Made by a program: the position numbers and the translations under genes. The notes beneath the pieces were generated by a model, which did no database searches, was not told the origin of the DNA, and was given only the letters and a program-made list of their open reading frames with translations. Source: a virus. From it: a stretch of 64,000 nucleotides of DNA. Shown here piece after piece: positions 11,462 through 23,495 of the stretch. Numbering within the stretch: the first letter of the stretch is position 1; the number at the start of each line of letters is the position of its first letter. The stretch lies in the IMG/VR virus record IMGVR_UViG_3300014806_000004. One strand, 5' to 3'.

Positions 11462-11565
11462 CGGTCCCGTAACTACAACAACTCGAACAACGTTTGCAAT
11501 GTCAACAACGATGGATCTGCGAACAACAACAACTACAACAACAGCAACGGGCTGGCGCCGGATTA
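11462..11565 (+). repeat. DGR template repeat (TR)
   Basis: Non-coding and rich in AAC codons (cgtAACtacAACAACtcgAACAAC...). It is the adenine-containing partner of the VR and lies directly upstream of the RT gene. Confidence 0.85.
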
Positions 11566-11870
11566 GATGGAGCTATCATGTTGCGAGTTAAGCTGCGGAG
11601 CAGCGCAAACGAGCAACGCCTAAATAGTACCCCGGAGTATATTATTATCCATCTAATTAAGGTTTACTCTGGATTGCACCCACTATGTGGGGAAGAGATT
11701 GAGAGACCGTTAAAGAGCTTTGCTCTACAACTATCGAATAATATACTATAGGTAGATCTGCCTTTTCATCTAAGGAGAACTTAACCATTTCACTGAAAAA
11801 GTGGATAAAGTAAGACTGTAGACGTGGAGCTCGAGTAGCTACCACTATAGCTACATGATAAGGAGAAAGT

Positions 11871-13087
11871 ATGTCTGAAATAAACCAAGATACTGCTTTC
11901 GAGCGTTTTTGTAGTTTTGACGCTATGTATGATGCGTCTTATAAGGTATGTCGAAACATTCGATGGAAAGATAGTACAATTAATTTTGAAGAGAATAGGA
12001 TAGAAACAATTTTAAAAACAGAAGCTGATCTGCGAGCGTGTGAATACGAATAGCTTGTGTTTAGTTGTTTTTCGATAATCGAACGAGGCAAACCAAGAGA
12101 TATAAGAGCGTGTCATATCAACGACAGACTGGTACAAAATGCGTTATGTGAACAAGTTTTATTACCAGAATTAACTCCTAGATTTATCTACGATAATTGT
12201 GCGACTTTAAGAGGAAAAGGAATAGACTTTGCTTTAAAAAGAGTAAAGAAACACCTTCAACAAGCTCATAGGGAATATGGATTAGGAAAAGATTTTTATG
12301 GATTAAGAATTGATATTCAAAAATATTTTGATTCTATTGACCATAAATCTTTAAAGAAAGCAGCTAAACGTTTGATAAAAGATAAAAGAATTTATCAACT
12401 ATGCTGTTATTTAATAGATACATTTTCTTTTAAGCTAACAAAAGATTCCTCTCCCATACCAGGAAAAGATTATTATATTAGTAAACGGCACAAATACACG
12501 AGAATTAGTACCACTAATTTTAAGCCTGGCCGCAAATACTATGAATATGATAATAAAAGTCTTGGATTAGGAAGTCAAACATCACAATTATTCGCATTGC
12601 TAGCATTGAACGAAATTGACCACTTCATCAAAGAAGAGTTACATATTAAGTATTATGGTCGTTATATGGATGATTTATATTTATTCCACAATGACAGTCA
12701 ATACTTAGCCGAATGTGAAAAGAGAATAGAAGTTCGCTTAAATAAGCAAGGATTAAAGATGAATAAGAAAAAGACTACTATTACTAGAATCTCTCCTATT
12801 CACGCGGACGGCAAACGTCACGCTCCATTAAAATACTTAAAGTGGAACTTTTATCTCACAGACACTAATCATATAATACAAATTCCTTTTAAAAAGAAAG
12901 TGGCTCATTAGCGCAGAAAGTTAAAGAAAATGCAAGCGCTATGGCTAGAGGGTAAAATTTCAACAGATGAAATTTAGAAATCCTATCAAGGTTGGAGGGC
13001 ACATATTTCTAAAGGAACTTGTTTTTATATAATTCAAGATATGGACAATTATTTTCGTTCATTATTTAAAGGAGTTGAAATAAAGTA
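11871..13087 (+). CDS. DGR reverse transcriptase
   Basis: RBS AAGGAGAAAG. The N-terminus (SYKVCRNIRWKDSTINFEENRIETIL...ERGKPRDIRACHINDRLVQNAL) is typical of DGR RTs. It has LGLGSQTSQLFALLALNEID (DGR-type motif 4 with SQ) and YGRYMDDLYLF (YxDD). Three in-frame TAGs. TAA stop overlaps the next ATG. Confidence 0.85.
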
Positions 13088-13750
13088 ATGTATATTCTAT
13101 TAAATAGAGAGAATGTAGTAGTTGATATTCTTTCAGAAGCACGTTACATTAAACTGCAATCCTCAAATGGTATTGTCGTTGCCTGCGAGGAAGAAGAGGG
13201 AACTGGGGTTATCGGCTCAAATGGAGATACACATTATACTCTAATTAAAGCCGATGTATTAAATCAATCTAATGCTGTAAAAGTATTAGAGATAGAAACA
13301 ATTCCATCAGATGTTACTCCTAATTATTCAATATATAATCAAGAAGATGGAACATTCACTTCTGATTTAGATTAGGCAAAGTATGACAAACAAGAGGAAA
13401 ACAAGAAACTATTCGCAGAGTATCTTGCTACCCACCCACTAACTTGGGTTGATGGAAAAGAATATGGAATTACGTAGGAGGACCAATCTGAGATTAGCTT
13501 AAATCTCAATCAATATCAAGTCGCTCTCGCGGCTGAAGTAGAAAATCCTACGCTTGAGTGGCACGCTCGACACGAAGAATGTGTGCCATGGAATTTAGAG
13601 CAATTATCCGCTCTAAGTTTAGCTATTTCAAATGCGGTATATCCTAAATATCATTTAATGCAAGAATATAAAACTTAGATATTCGAAGCTGATTCAATAG
13701 ATAAATTAAAAGCTATTGAATTAAACTATGAAGATACCGACAGTGAGTAA
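13088..13750 (+). CDS. XkdW/DUF4376-like protein (family usually encoded beside tail-fibre genes)
   Basis: The sequence LATHPLTWVDGKEYGIT-TAG-EDQSEISLNLNQYQVAL...LEWHARHEECVPWNLEQL resembles PBSX XkdW-type proteins. Three in-frame TAGs. Confidence 0.4.
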
Positions 13751-14186
13751 AAATATAATTCTATTTGCAGTTGGAGGAACTCTATATTACGGTATAGAGT
13801 TCCTCTATAAAACTTTTATCAGCTTTGGAACTTGTCATTGGTCTATGTTCTTATTGGGCGGCTTATGCTTTTTATTAATAGGACTAATGAATGAGAACGC
13901 TCTTTGGGAAGAATCTATTCTTACTCAAGGAGTAAAAGGCTCTTTAATCATAACTGCTTTAGAATTAATCTTTGGTCTAGTATTAAATGTAAAACTAGGC
14001 TTAGGTATTTGGGATTATTCTCACGTTCCATTGAATTTTATGGGGTAGATTTGTTTACCATTCTCTATCGCCTGGTTCTTTTTAAGCCTTTTGGCAATAG
14101 TATTAGACGACTACCTAAGATGGAAATGGTTTGGAGAAGAAAAACCGCATTATCATTTATATAGTAAACCTCCTTGCGAGAAATAA
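13728..14186 (+). CDS. Membrane protein with a WDYSH motif (DUF1113 / putative-ABC-transporter-type-IV-like)
   Basis: Multi-TM protein with LGIWDYSHVPLNFMG. One in-frame TAG. It overlaps the upstream gene. Confidence 0.4.
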
Positions 14187-14189
14187 AAA

Positions 14190-14228
14190 ATGGGGAGAAC
14201 CTTTGAAATTAAGGTTCTCCCCATTTTT
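14190..14228. terminator. Bidirectional rho-independent terminator between convergent operons
   Basis: The hairpin ggggagaaccTTTGAAATTAAggttctcccc is flanked by an A-run and a T-run. Confidence 0.6.
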
Positions 14229-15011
14229 TTATTTTACATCAATGATAATAATAGCAATATCATTTGTTGGTTTTTCTTTTGTATAAAAGGTAATTCCAAC
14301 CCCAACTGATGCATCAGCGTGATCAATTTTACTATACTCTTTAAGATTAGAAGTATAACTAATAATAGGTGGCACATTACCTGCTTTTCCGCAAGTTAAA
14401 GAAGTATTGGAATAAGTATATGTATACATATCTTCATTTAATACCCAACCTGATGCAGAAAGAGTTGCTGGATAAGCTGCCGTAGTACTTCCACTAATCT
14501 AGTTATCTGTTTCCAATTTGCTATACACATCTAAATTAGTTCTCGCCCCTGCTGCATTAATTGCCCCGGTTCCACCAACTGAAATTGGAAGCGTTCCAAA
14601 TTGCGGAGCGCCCGCTGTAGCAGCAAATAAAGCGCCAGTTCCTTGCAATCCTGTTACACCATTCTCACTATTTCCGATAACAACCTAACCGGCCGCAATT
14701 TCAACCATCTTTACCGCATTAGTTCCATTACCAATTAATAAAGCATTTACAGTTAGACTATTATGTCCAGTTCCGCCCTGAGCTACAGTGGCAGTCATAT
14801 TTTTAAGAAAAATATCATCAATATCAATCTCAGTAATATCATTCTTTAGAACTTGAGCAGCATAGGCATTTACCTGCAAACGCCCACCTTCTTCATTACT
14901 AATATCAATAAAGAGATTTCCTTTATCTTCTGTGAAATAAGCGTATCCTTCATGAAGAGGTACACTATTCAAATTATCTTCTGGTCCTCGAAAAATCTTA
15001 AATAAAGCCAT
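14229..15011 (-). CDS. Tail fibre protein (XkdV-like N-terminus MALFKIFRG...)
   Basis: RBS AAAGGAGGG. The N-terminal MALFKIFRGPEDNLNSVPLHEGYAYFTEDKGNLFIDIS is the characteristic start of Firmicute phage tail-fibre proteins. Two in-frame TAGs. TAA stop. Confidence 0.55.
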
Positions 15012-15044
15012 TTTAGGCCCTCCTTTATACTCTCTAAATATAAA

Positions 15045-16955
15045 TTAAGGTATTAAATCACTAAAACTTCCCCAAGATAACAACTCTTTTATCTATTCGG
15101 CAGAATATGTCTATCTATCTTTATTTGTAATAGCTCCACCGATTAAAGTGTTGATATAATGAACGCTATAAGTTTTATTTGTTACCTCTCCACCATCTTC
15201 ATTATTATAATCATTATCAATAAGGTTAGCAATACCTCCGGTTAGTTGAACTCTTCCCCATACTCCATCGGCTGCTTTATAATACCAATAAGAAGTTTCC
15301 TAATTAGTCTCATATTCAACCCAAGTAATAGAGAAAATATCCTCTGCGCTGATTTCTCCATCGTAATTTTCTTCGATGTAATTTACGCCATTCTATAAAG
15401 AATCCTTAATTGTTTCAGTTTCGTTAATAGTGTAACTTTTAACTATTTTAAGAGCTTCTCCAACAGGACCTTTTAAGTTTCCTTTATTCTTAACCCATGT
15501 TCCATTAGAGCTTAATGAATAAATATCTCCTGTATCAGTATTTAAATACAAATCTCCTGTTTTAGCTCCATCAACAGTAACATTTAAAGATGTATCAGAA
15601 ACAGCTAATCCAGCAAATAATTTAGATCCTCTTGGAATCTAGAAATCAAGATTTACTGTATCAGAAGAAATAATCTTACTAGAGACAGATCCCTCTTCAT
15701 CAATTCCTATAAAATCAAAAGAAACTCCATATTTAACCGCGGATGGAAGCCCAAAGACAAGTTTCCAAGCGGTTTCTTCCGTATTAGTAAATTCTCTTAC
15801 TACAGTAGGTGCAGTTGGTTCATACCCGCTACCGCCATTTGTGTAAGGATCTAATTTTGTTACTTCTATTTCAGGCAATGGAGACTAAATACAAGCAACA
15901 TATTGGAAAGTGCAAGTTGTACCCGACTTCTTTGTTACCTTGTAAATAAAACCGGTCGGTGCATTAATATAATAATCACCAATATTATAATCTGCAAAAG
16001 TCTCATTCGTTTCTTCATAAATTCCAACAGTTCTTTCTCCTAATAGTTCACCATAATAAAACTTAATAGATTCTGGTAAACTAAATTTTAATACCGGAGA
16101 ATTAATATTAGTATTATCTATCTAAACTGATGGGTTTTCCTCTGGACCTACAATAATAGTCTCTGGATTTCCCATTACCTAGCTTTGAGGTAAAAAGAAA
16201 TTAATAACTGGATTATTTATATCATCAAAATTTATCTCAAAATATGGTGTTTCATTAGAATCAAGAACTGTTGTAGTTCCTTCCTATAATGATTGAGATA
16301 CAGGTAATTGGAATTTAATTGCCGGTCTATTTATAGAATAAGAACCAGACGTTTCTAAGGATACTGTAGGTTCCTCTCCAACATTTAATAATTCAACTAG
16401 CGCCGTTTCAATAACTTGTGATTGTGGCAAAGATAATTTTAAACTTGGATTATTTATATCTGTTGTATCTAATTTCACACTAGGATTTTTATTGCAATCT
16501 AGAACGGTTGTTTCACCTAATTGAATATTTTGACTCTAAGGTAACTAAAAAGTTAGCCACAATCTATCTAAATCTGTATTATCCCAAACTACATTTGGAT
16601 CTTTATCGGCATCAAGAACTTCCGTATCATGTAGGCTAATTCTTGGTGTATTTCCTGTCATGGAAGCCTGCATCTCATAGCTTAGGCCGCCCGCAGACCC
16701 ACTTCCATCTTTATCATTAAAAACTTTTTTCCAAAGGGTAGAGTTATAACTTTTACCATAATTCTATAAATCTTCATTCTTATAAATATCGTAATTTGCA
16801 TCACTTGGCAAACCATACGATACAATAACGAAATCTCCGGGGAAAATAGAAGATGTCCAACTCTTTGTTAAATCTCTATCCATCTAATATTTACTAGTAA
16901 AGATTTGCTTAATTTCAAAATCTATACCTTTAGGTCCTCCATAGAAACTCTCCAT
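15045..16955 (-). CDS. Structural (baseplate/fibre) protein with four tandem ~45-aa modules
   Basis: RBS AAGGAGGTG. It is 636 aa and contains repeated NNPSLKLSLPQSQVIE / NNPVINFFLPQS-TAG-VMG / NSPVLKFSLPESIKF modules. About 12 in-frame TAGs. Confidence 0.45.
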
Positions 16956-16969
16956 AGTTTGACACCTCC

Positions 16970-17560
16970 TTATACATAAATAAAGTCAATAATGACATTA
17001 TATAAATCCTAATAATTTTCTGGAGCATCAACATTATCAGGATTTGGTAATACATAAATGCCATTTACCCCCTGATTATATAAGCTTAATGCTGTCTAAT
17101 AAGCTTCTATATAAGCAGTCTAAATATTATTATATGCGTCCCAATAAGCCTTATATCCTTCTGGATCGGTATCTTGATCTGGCATATCTGGATTTTCTTT
17201 ATAAAATCTCTCCAAATCTTCACTTCTTTTTTTGTCTGCGGCTTGCATTCCCGCAGTTCCTTGTTCAATAGCCTACTGAGATGCTTCTTCGTCTTTTTCA
17301 TACTTTCTAGGTCTAATAAAATACATATTAGTAATAGCTATGTCATCATCTAGTTCATATATTCCAGTTCTACCAACCATAATAGTTTTTGATTCATTCA
17401 TAACTATCTTGGTCCCAGCAGGAGCCTATACTCCAACTTTATTAAATTGAGAGGCCCCCACTTGGACAACAATATCACTGAATATATTCTACCCACTAGA
17501 AACATAACTACCACTGTTGTTATCTATTACATTATAATATATTTGACCAACAGTTGGCAT
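16970..17560 (-). CDS. Hypothetical structural protein
   Basis: RBS AAGGAGGAGTAGGAG. 196 aa with 8 in-frame TAGs. Confidence 0.4.
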
Positions 17561-17576
17561 TATCTCCTACTCCTCC

Positions 17577-19481
17577 TTATACTCTTGTTAATACTTCCGT
17601 GGCTGTAATACTCATAGTTCCATTATATGAAAGAGGTAAAGTGAATTGAGTTATCTAATAATTTCCACTAAGTCCACTGTCTTTATCTTCAACATAAAGA
17701 ATATTATTTGGTTCCATATAATATTTTGGTAAACAAGTAATGGATATAGTTGTATTATAATTTAAATTCTAATACAACATTTCTCTAATTTTATCAAAAC
17801 AACTCGCATTTGTGGAGCTTATTGAAAATAAATTATAATACTCAGAAGTAAGAACAAAAAATCTCTAACCAATTCCTCTATATTCTGCTATCAAATCCTG
17901 GTCTAATCCTTCAATAAATATAATATCAGGAGCTTCTATATTATATACGGAAGTTATATCAGAACTATTAATTACTTTAGTCCTTCTACCTATCTCATTT
18001 ATTGAATATTTTCCAATTTCTGAACCGGTATCTATAAAATCTAGCCAATAGTTTAGATTTCCTGGATTATTAAATACATCTGGATTCCAATGATTATATT
18101 CATCCCATTTCCCATTTAGTGGATTATATAAATTGCGCCATTCGGCGATTAATTCAGAGTCATAATAATTATCATATACACTATTTGTTACTTGTGCGTT
18201 TAATGCTTTACGATATAATTCCTCTCTCCACTCATTGCACGGAGATCCAACTAATTCTACTTCATATCCTGATATTGAATAATCAGAAGATATATTATTA
18301 AAATCATATCTTATAATTAATCCCGTCTCTTTATCACTCACAGCCCACATATAATATCCTGCTAAGTCAATTATTGGTTTAGTATCAATAGCAAGATGAT
18401 ACCTAATATCAACTTCTATTCCAGATGTAGTGGTTCTCTTTCCCCAAACATAAAAATCATTTTTTATATTATCAAACTTTGGACTGCGGGTTATGGCTGT
18501 AGTAGTATCAAGATCGGTTAAAGAGTATAAAAACTTAGCATTATTATAGCTCTTTACATAATTTTCTGGAGATAACTCTGTTAAAGGACTTCCAGTATTA
18601 AGATAATTCTTTATCTCCTAAAAGATAAAGCGACCATCTATATCATAAAAATACTCAAAATTTCCAAGAACTTCAACTATTTTATCTAATAGAGTAGTTA
18701 CAGTATCTCCAGCATCTAAAATTAATTCTCCCGGATAAGTAAATTCAGTTTCTCTATATCCAGCATCCTATCCATAACTTATCATATGAGGAAAATCAGC
18801 GCTTGGAGAAAAGTCCATACTTTCATAATTATTGCTAAAATATATGGGTTTATCTCCTATATATTTAACTAACATCTTACAAGTTTCTTCTATGTCAGCA
18901 ATAATAATATTTGTTATAGCTTCTCCGCCCCAATGGTTGACTGCTTCATATATAATTTGAAAGATAGTTGGATATACAATTTCTATATCTCCATCTTTTT
19001 TCTATATATAACTTTCATGAAAGGTTATAGAGCCTGGAAACGTCCCTCCTGCGGTTCCATCAAGTAAACACATTTTATCTTTTCCACTTATAGAGATTGT
19101 CCATCCAGAAGTGGATCTTGCTACCGATGCGTTAGATAAAACAAATAATCCACAAGGAAACCAAATTATATCTCCATATCTTGCATAAGACTTTAACGGA
19201 TTATTATATCCAACAAAAACTTTAACCTTCTTGTTTATTGAAATCTCATTATCTATATTTTCAATATCGCTATTATTCTCATTAGCCAACATAGTTAGGT
19301 TAATTGTTCTACGAACAGAGGACGATCCATTAACACTTAAACTACCAGCAGTTATGTTGCCCTATATTTCTCTAATAGGTTTTTCATCAAAAGAAAGTAA
19401 AATAATTTTTGCGTAATGAGTTTTAATATTTAATTTATCAAGAGCTATAAGGAAATCCATATCATTTAAATAATCAAACAT
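17577..19481 (-). CDS. Tail/baseplate protein
   Basis: ATG 19481 overlaps the upstream TGA (ATGTTTGA). 634 aa with N-terminal LTMLANENN...KVKVFVGYNNPLKSYARYGDIIWFPCGLFVLSNASVARSTSGWTISISGKDKMCLLDG. About 9 in-frame TAGs. Confidence 0.45.
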
Positions 19482-22263
19482 AATACTATTCCACCTTCAT
19501 GCGCATTTGATTTGTTAAACATTTATAATTTATTACACAAAACTAAGCACTTTCTAAAGCTATATATTTAACCATATTATCTAATGGATTAAGAGTATAC
19601 CTTCCAGTTGAGCCAATCTTTATAATAGACGGATTACTTCCATCTGGACTAGAACTAATTAAAAGGGTAGTTCCTTCATCTGCCTCAATGTCAAGTAAAA
19701 CAATATCACTAAAAGTATAATAAATCTTGCCATCTGTCAACTATCCATCATCATTTAATTCAAAATGAGTATTGTATATAAGCTCAACTTGTTTCTATGT
19801 CTCTTCTTTTATTATCTCGTAAATATTAATGGTTTTATATAGATTAAAGGTTGTATTATCAACAATAGTATCTCCCTATTTATCCTTAACTAAAAACTTT
19901 TCCATATTTGGTGGAACATTACTAAATATACGATAAGTTTCACTGTTTCTATAATCGTAATCATAGAATTTTAAAACTCCATCTGTACCAGTAAAAATTC
20001 CAGAAATCTATCCCCAAATGCGAGAAGCATCAATAGCAGAAACGACTCCAACAGAAACGTCCTCAACCTAATTCAACTAGCAAACATAATTTACAATAAT
20101 AGGAACGCTAGATGCGGACAAAGATAAAGAATTTACATTTTCATTTAAATGATAAACTCTATTTGGAGCAACTAAAATTCTTGAACCATTAACATTAATT
20201 TCGATAGTCGCGGATTCAGGGCCATCAAGAGCGAGAATCAAATCTTTACATTCCTAAATCTGTCTATCATATTCAGAAGTATCCTCGTCATCTCCTGCGG
20301 CTTCAGATTTAAGAGCTTCTAATTCTAGTAATCGTGCAGTCAAATCTATTTTTGGATATTGCTCAATCTAAATATCTGTAACTTGAATTAAATTAAGTTT
20401 ATATCCTCCGCCTATACTAACTTCTTCCTGCTCTCTTATCTTCGCATATAAATCTATATTTCTACCATAAATTCCACTTAACTATCCGAAAGAATTTATT
20501 CTATCTTCACTAGCCAAACTTTCAAATTTACCAATATTTATTATATTAACTTCATTTAAATTTTCTATGGTATTCTCTAAAACTTCATACGCAGTAGCAG
20601 AAAAAGAGTAAATCATGCGGCCGACCGTATTATTCGGAGTCAAAGATACATTCAGCAAGCCTATAATTATATTTCCTTCGGTAGAAGATTTAAAGAGCTT
20701 ATAATTAAAATCATTTAAAAATTCTTCCACTTTTTCTCTAAATATTCTTTCAATAAAAATATTATCATTTGTTAAACTAGTTGAGATAGATAATTTATTT
20801 TCATCTGTAGAAACTTCAGAATAAGTTTCCTACTTCTCTTGACATTTCCCTCTGGTTACATTGTTTTTAATAAATTTGTCTTTGGGAATTACTAATTCAT
20901 TATTGTAATAAAGTCCATCATCTTTTAAAGAGAAAAATGTCTAATCTTCATCCATCTAAAAACTTATTAATCCAGAAATTGGAAACTCTGCATAATAAGC
21001 CTTACCATTCTAAACCAAATGAGGATATTTACTTCCTAAGGTATCTTGTTTACTTCTTAAAGTAGTATGTTTAAAGCTGGATAATGTCTAATTAAGAGAT
21101 AACTTTAACTATATATTATCCCTATAAATATAGCTATATTGGAAATCAACACTTCTACCTTGGTTACTTATATCATATACCTAAGAAGTCCGCAACCCTA
21201 CTGAATTTTCCTATTGTATGGCATATTTATATCTTATACCACTTTCAATAGCAAAATCAACATGAATAACTGAATCATTTAATACTTGATTAGAAAATTT
21301 AAGATATTTTAAATCTTCCCATATCTAATAATTACTTTTTTCAGAACTTCTTGTTATTACATAACTACCACTAAGTCCATTTTTAGCGGTACAAAATATT
21401 TTTATACAACCATTTTCTCGACAATATACATCATTATCCTCAACTCTAATAGACACTCCCTCTAAATCTCCCAAATAGGTCCTATTAACTGAAAAATTAT
21501 AAGGCTCTGATTCTCCTTCATATTCATTGATAGTAATAATAGAGTAGACTACTGTATAGCTTTTATTATTAGTTAATACGGTTTTAAATCTATAAGTATC
21601 GGTATTATTAATAGAACCATTGTGCTATAACCATCCAGATGTTTCAAGTAAATAATTAGGATCTTTAGAGGCTCCTTCATACAAATCAAATTTATATCTA
21701 TCTAATAATTCATTACTAGCAGAGCTAATATTAAAGCTTCCTATAAATAAAGGAGTAAGAGTTGCCTCTATTCTTTCAGTAGATATAACATCTTCTCGTT
21801 TAGCTTCATCGTTTTCTATTTTAATAATTGGTGTATCTATAGCCTTAATTATCATTACTGTAGACCATTCAGAAAAGGCTCCCGCATCTATCTGCTATTG
21901 TTTCCAAGTGGCAAATTCTGATAACGAAGTATACATTGGATTTATACCAAAACGCATTTGTACTTTGTATAAATAGCCTGGCTACCAAGATTCAGCCAAT
22001 TCGCTTCTATTAATTGATACAAAATATTGATTTCCTAAAGACCCTATCGCAGAAGGAGCTTTATAAATAGTTCCATCTGGATATTGGTCTGTATTTACAA
22101 TACTTTTATTATTAGACTAACGAACTAACCGCACTTGTACATGACCTATGTTATTAAAAGACGTAATTGACTATAGCGTAAAATTTATCTGATATACGTT
22201 CACGCTAGAAAGAAATGCTGGCTATGTACTCTACAAAGTAGGCGGATAAATACTAATTGGCAC
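19474..22263 (-). CDS. Large tail tip/baseplate protein (929 aa)
   Basis: GTG start 8 nt after AGGAGG. One frame runs continuously from 22263 to TGA 19474 and links the ORF-track fragments 21625..21855, 20482..20730 and 19543..19740, with about 25 TAGs. Confidence 0.45.
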
Positions 22264-22348
22264 AATTAACGCCTCCTTTTTCTCATCTAAAATATTTAAA
22301 AAATCTTATATCTTTTATAAATATAATTGGCCAAGAGGCTGACGAGTT

Positions 22349-22720
22349 TTACTCCTCATCAGCCTCCACCATAAAATATAGAGTATTCATAACTTTTAAA
22401 GGAATATCATACCCCTATAAAATATCAATAGAAAAAGTCGCTAATGGAACGCTAGTATTAACCGCCAATAAAGCATTTAATTCTTGATTAGCCGCTTCCC
22501 TTTTCTCCTCTGAAATCTAATAGGTTATATCATCAACTTTTTCTCCATATCTTTCAATAATCTTTTTTCGTTCGTTATAAATATCCTCAGCAATAGGAGA
22601 AAGAATTTTAAAATTTCTTATTACTGCATATGATACACTCGCGGGAAGAAGTGAGCAATCTTGTATTGTAGAATTTAAATTCTCAACTGCTTCCAAAATA
22701 TCCTTGTTTAACATTTTCAT
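22349..22720 (-). CDS. Hypothetical protein
   Basis: RBS AAAAGGAG. 123 aa with 2 in-frame TAGs. Confidence 0.35.
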
Positions 22721-22740
22721 AATTAAGACTCCTTTTTCTC

Positions 22741-23481
22741 TTATGGTGAAACCGCATCTGCTAAAGCTTCAAATAAAGCTGCACTAATCAAAGTTTTATC
22801 TGCGGTAACTCTTGAAGTCCCGCAAGCAGATGCCATAGAATTATAAACACTCGCAGTTATCCAATCACCACGAGAAACTTTTAAATTATTGTATGAAGAA
22901 TACTGATTTGACTAGTTTCTCCAACTTTTATATTTACCAACCTAGTCAGCTAACTAATTCCATTTGCTGGCTGTAGCATAATCTGCTATATAATCTCCAG
23001 GACTGCATCCAAAAGAAAAGCTAGTTGGTTGCGTATATACAGTTACACTATCAGATGCAGATCCTAAACTAACTGTTGTCCTAGACGTAGTTGGCCCAGT
23101 AGTTGTTGTTACATCTTCATATATTGGATTCCCATTTTCGTCTTTTCCTACTTCTTCTCTATGGGTAGACCATCGAGTTACAGTAGTAGTTTTCGTACAT
23201 CTAGCACTTAATGTACCTCTAACTGTGTTTGCCCTTCCCGCGGTTAAGCCAGTAAAATTATGAGTTGGTTCTTTTGAACTAGAGCTGCCTCCATCGCTAA
23301 AGCTCCAACTCCATACTGTATTGCTATAAGAAATAGTAGTTCTAGAACCATTTTTACTATCTCCAGTAGTGGTCGTTCCGGAATCACTTGGATACACCCA
23401 TCCTACCGCAGTACAACTTATTGAAGCATATCTCTATCCAACACTAGAGTAAGAAGGAGAATGTAAAGTTACAGAACCCAT
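22741..23481 (-). CDS. Hypothetical Ser/Thr-rich structural protein
   Basis: ATG 23481 after GGAGTTGATAGT. 246 aa with 4 in-frame TAGs. Confidence 0.4.
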
Positions 23482-23495
23482 ATACTATCAACTCC

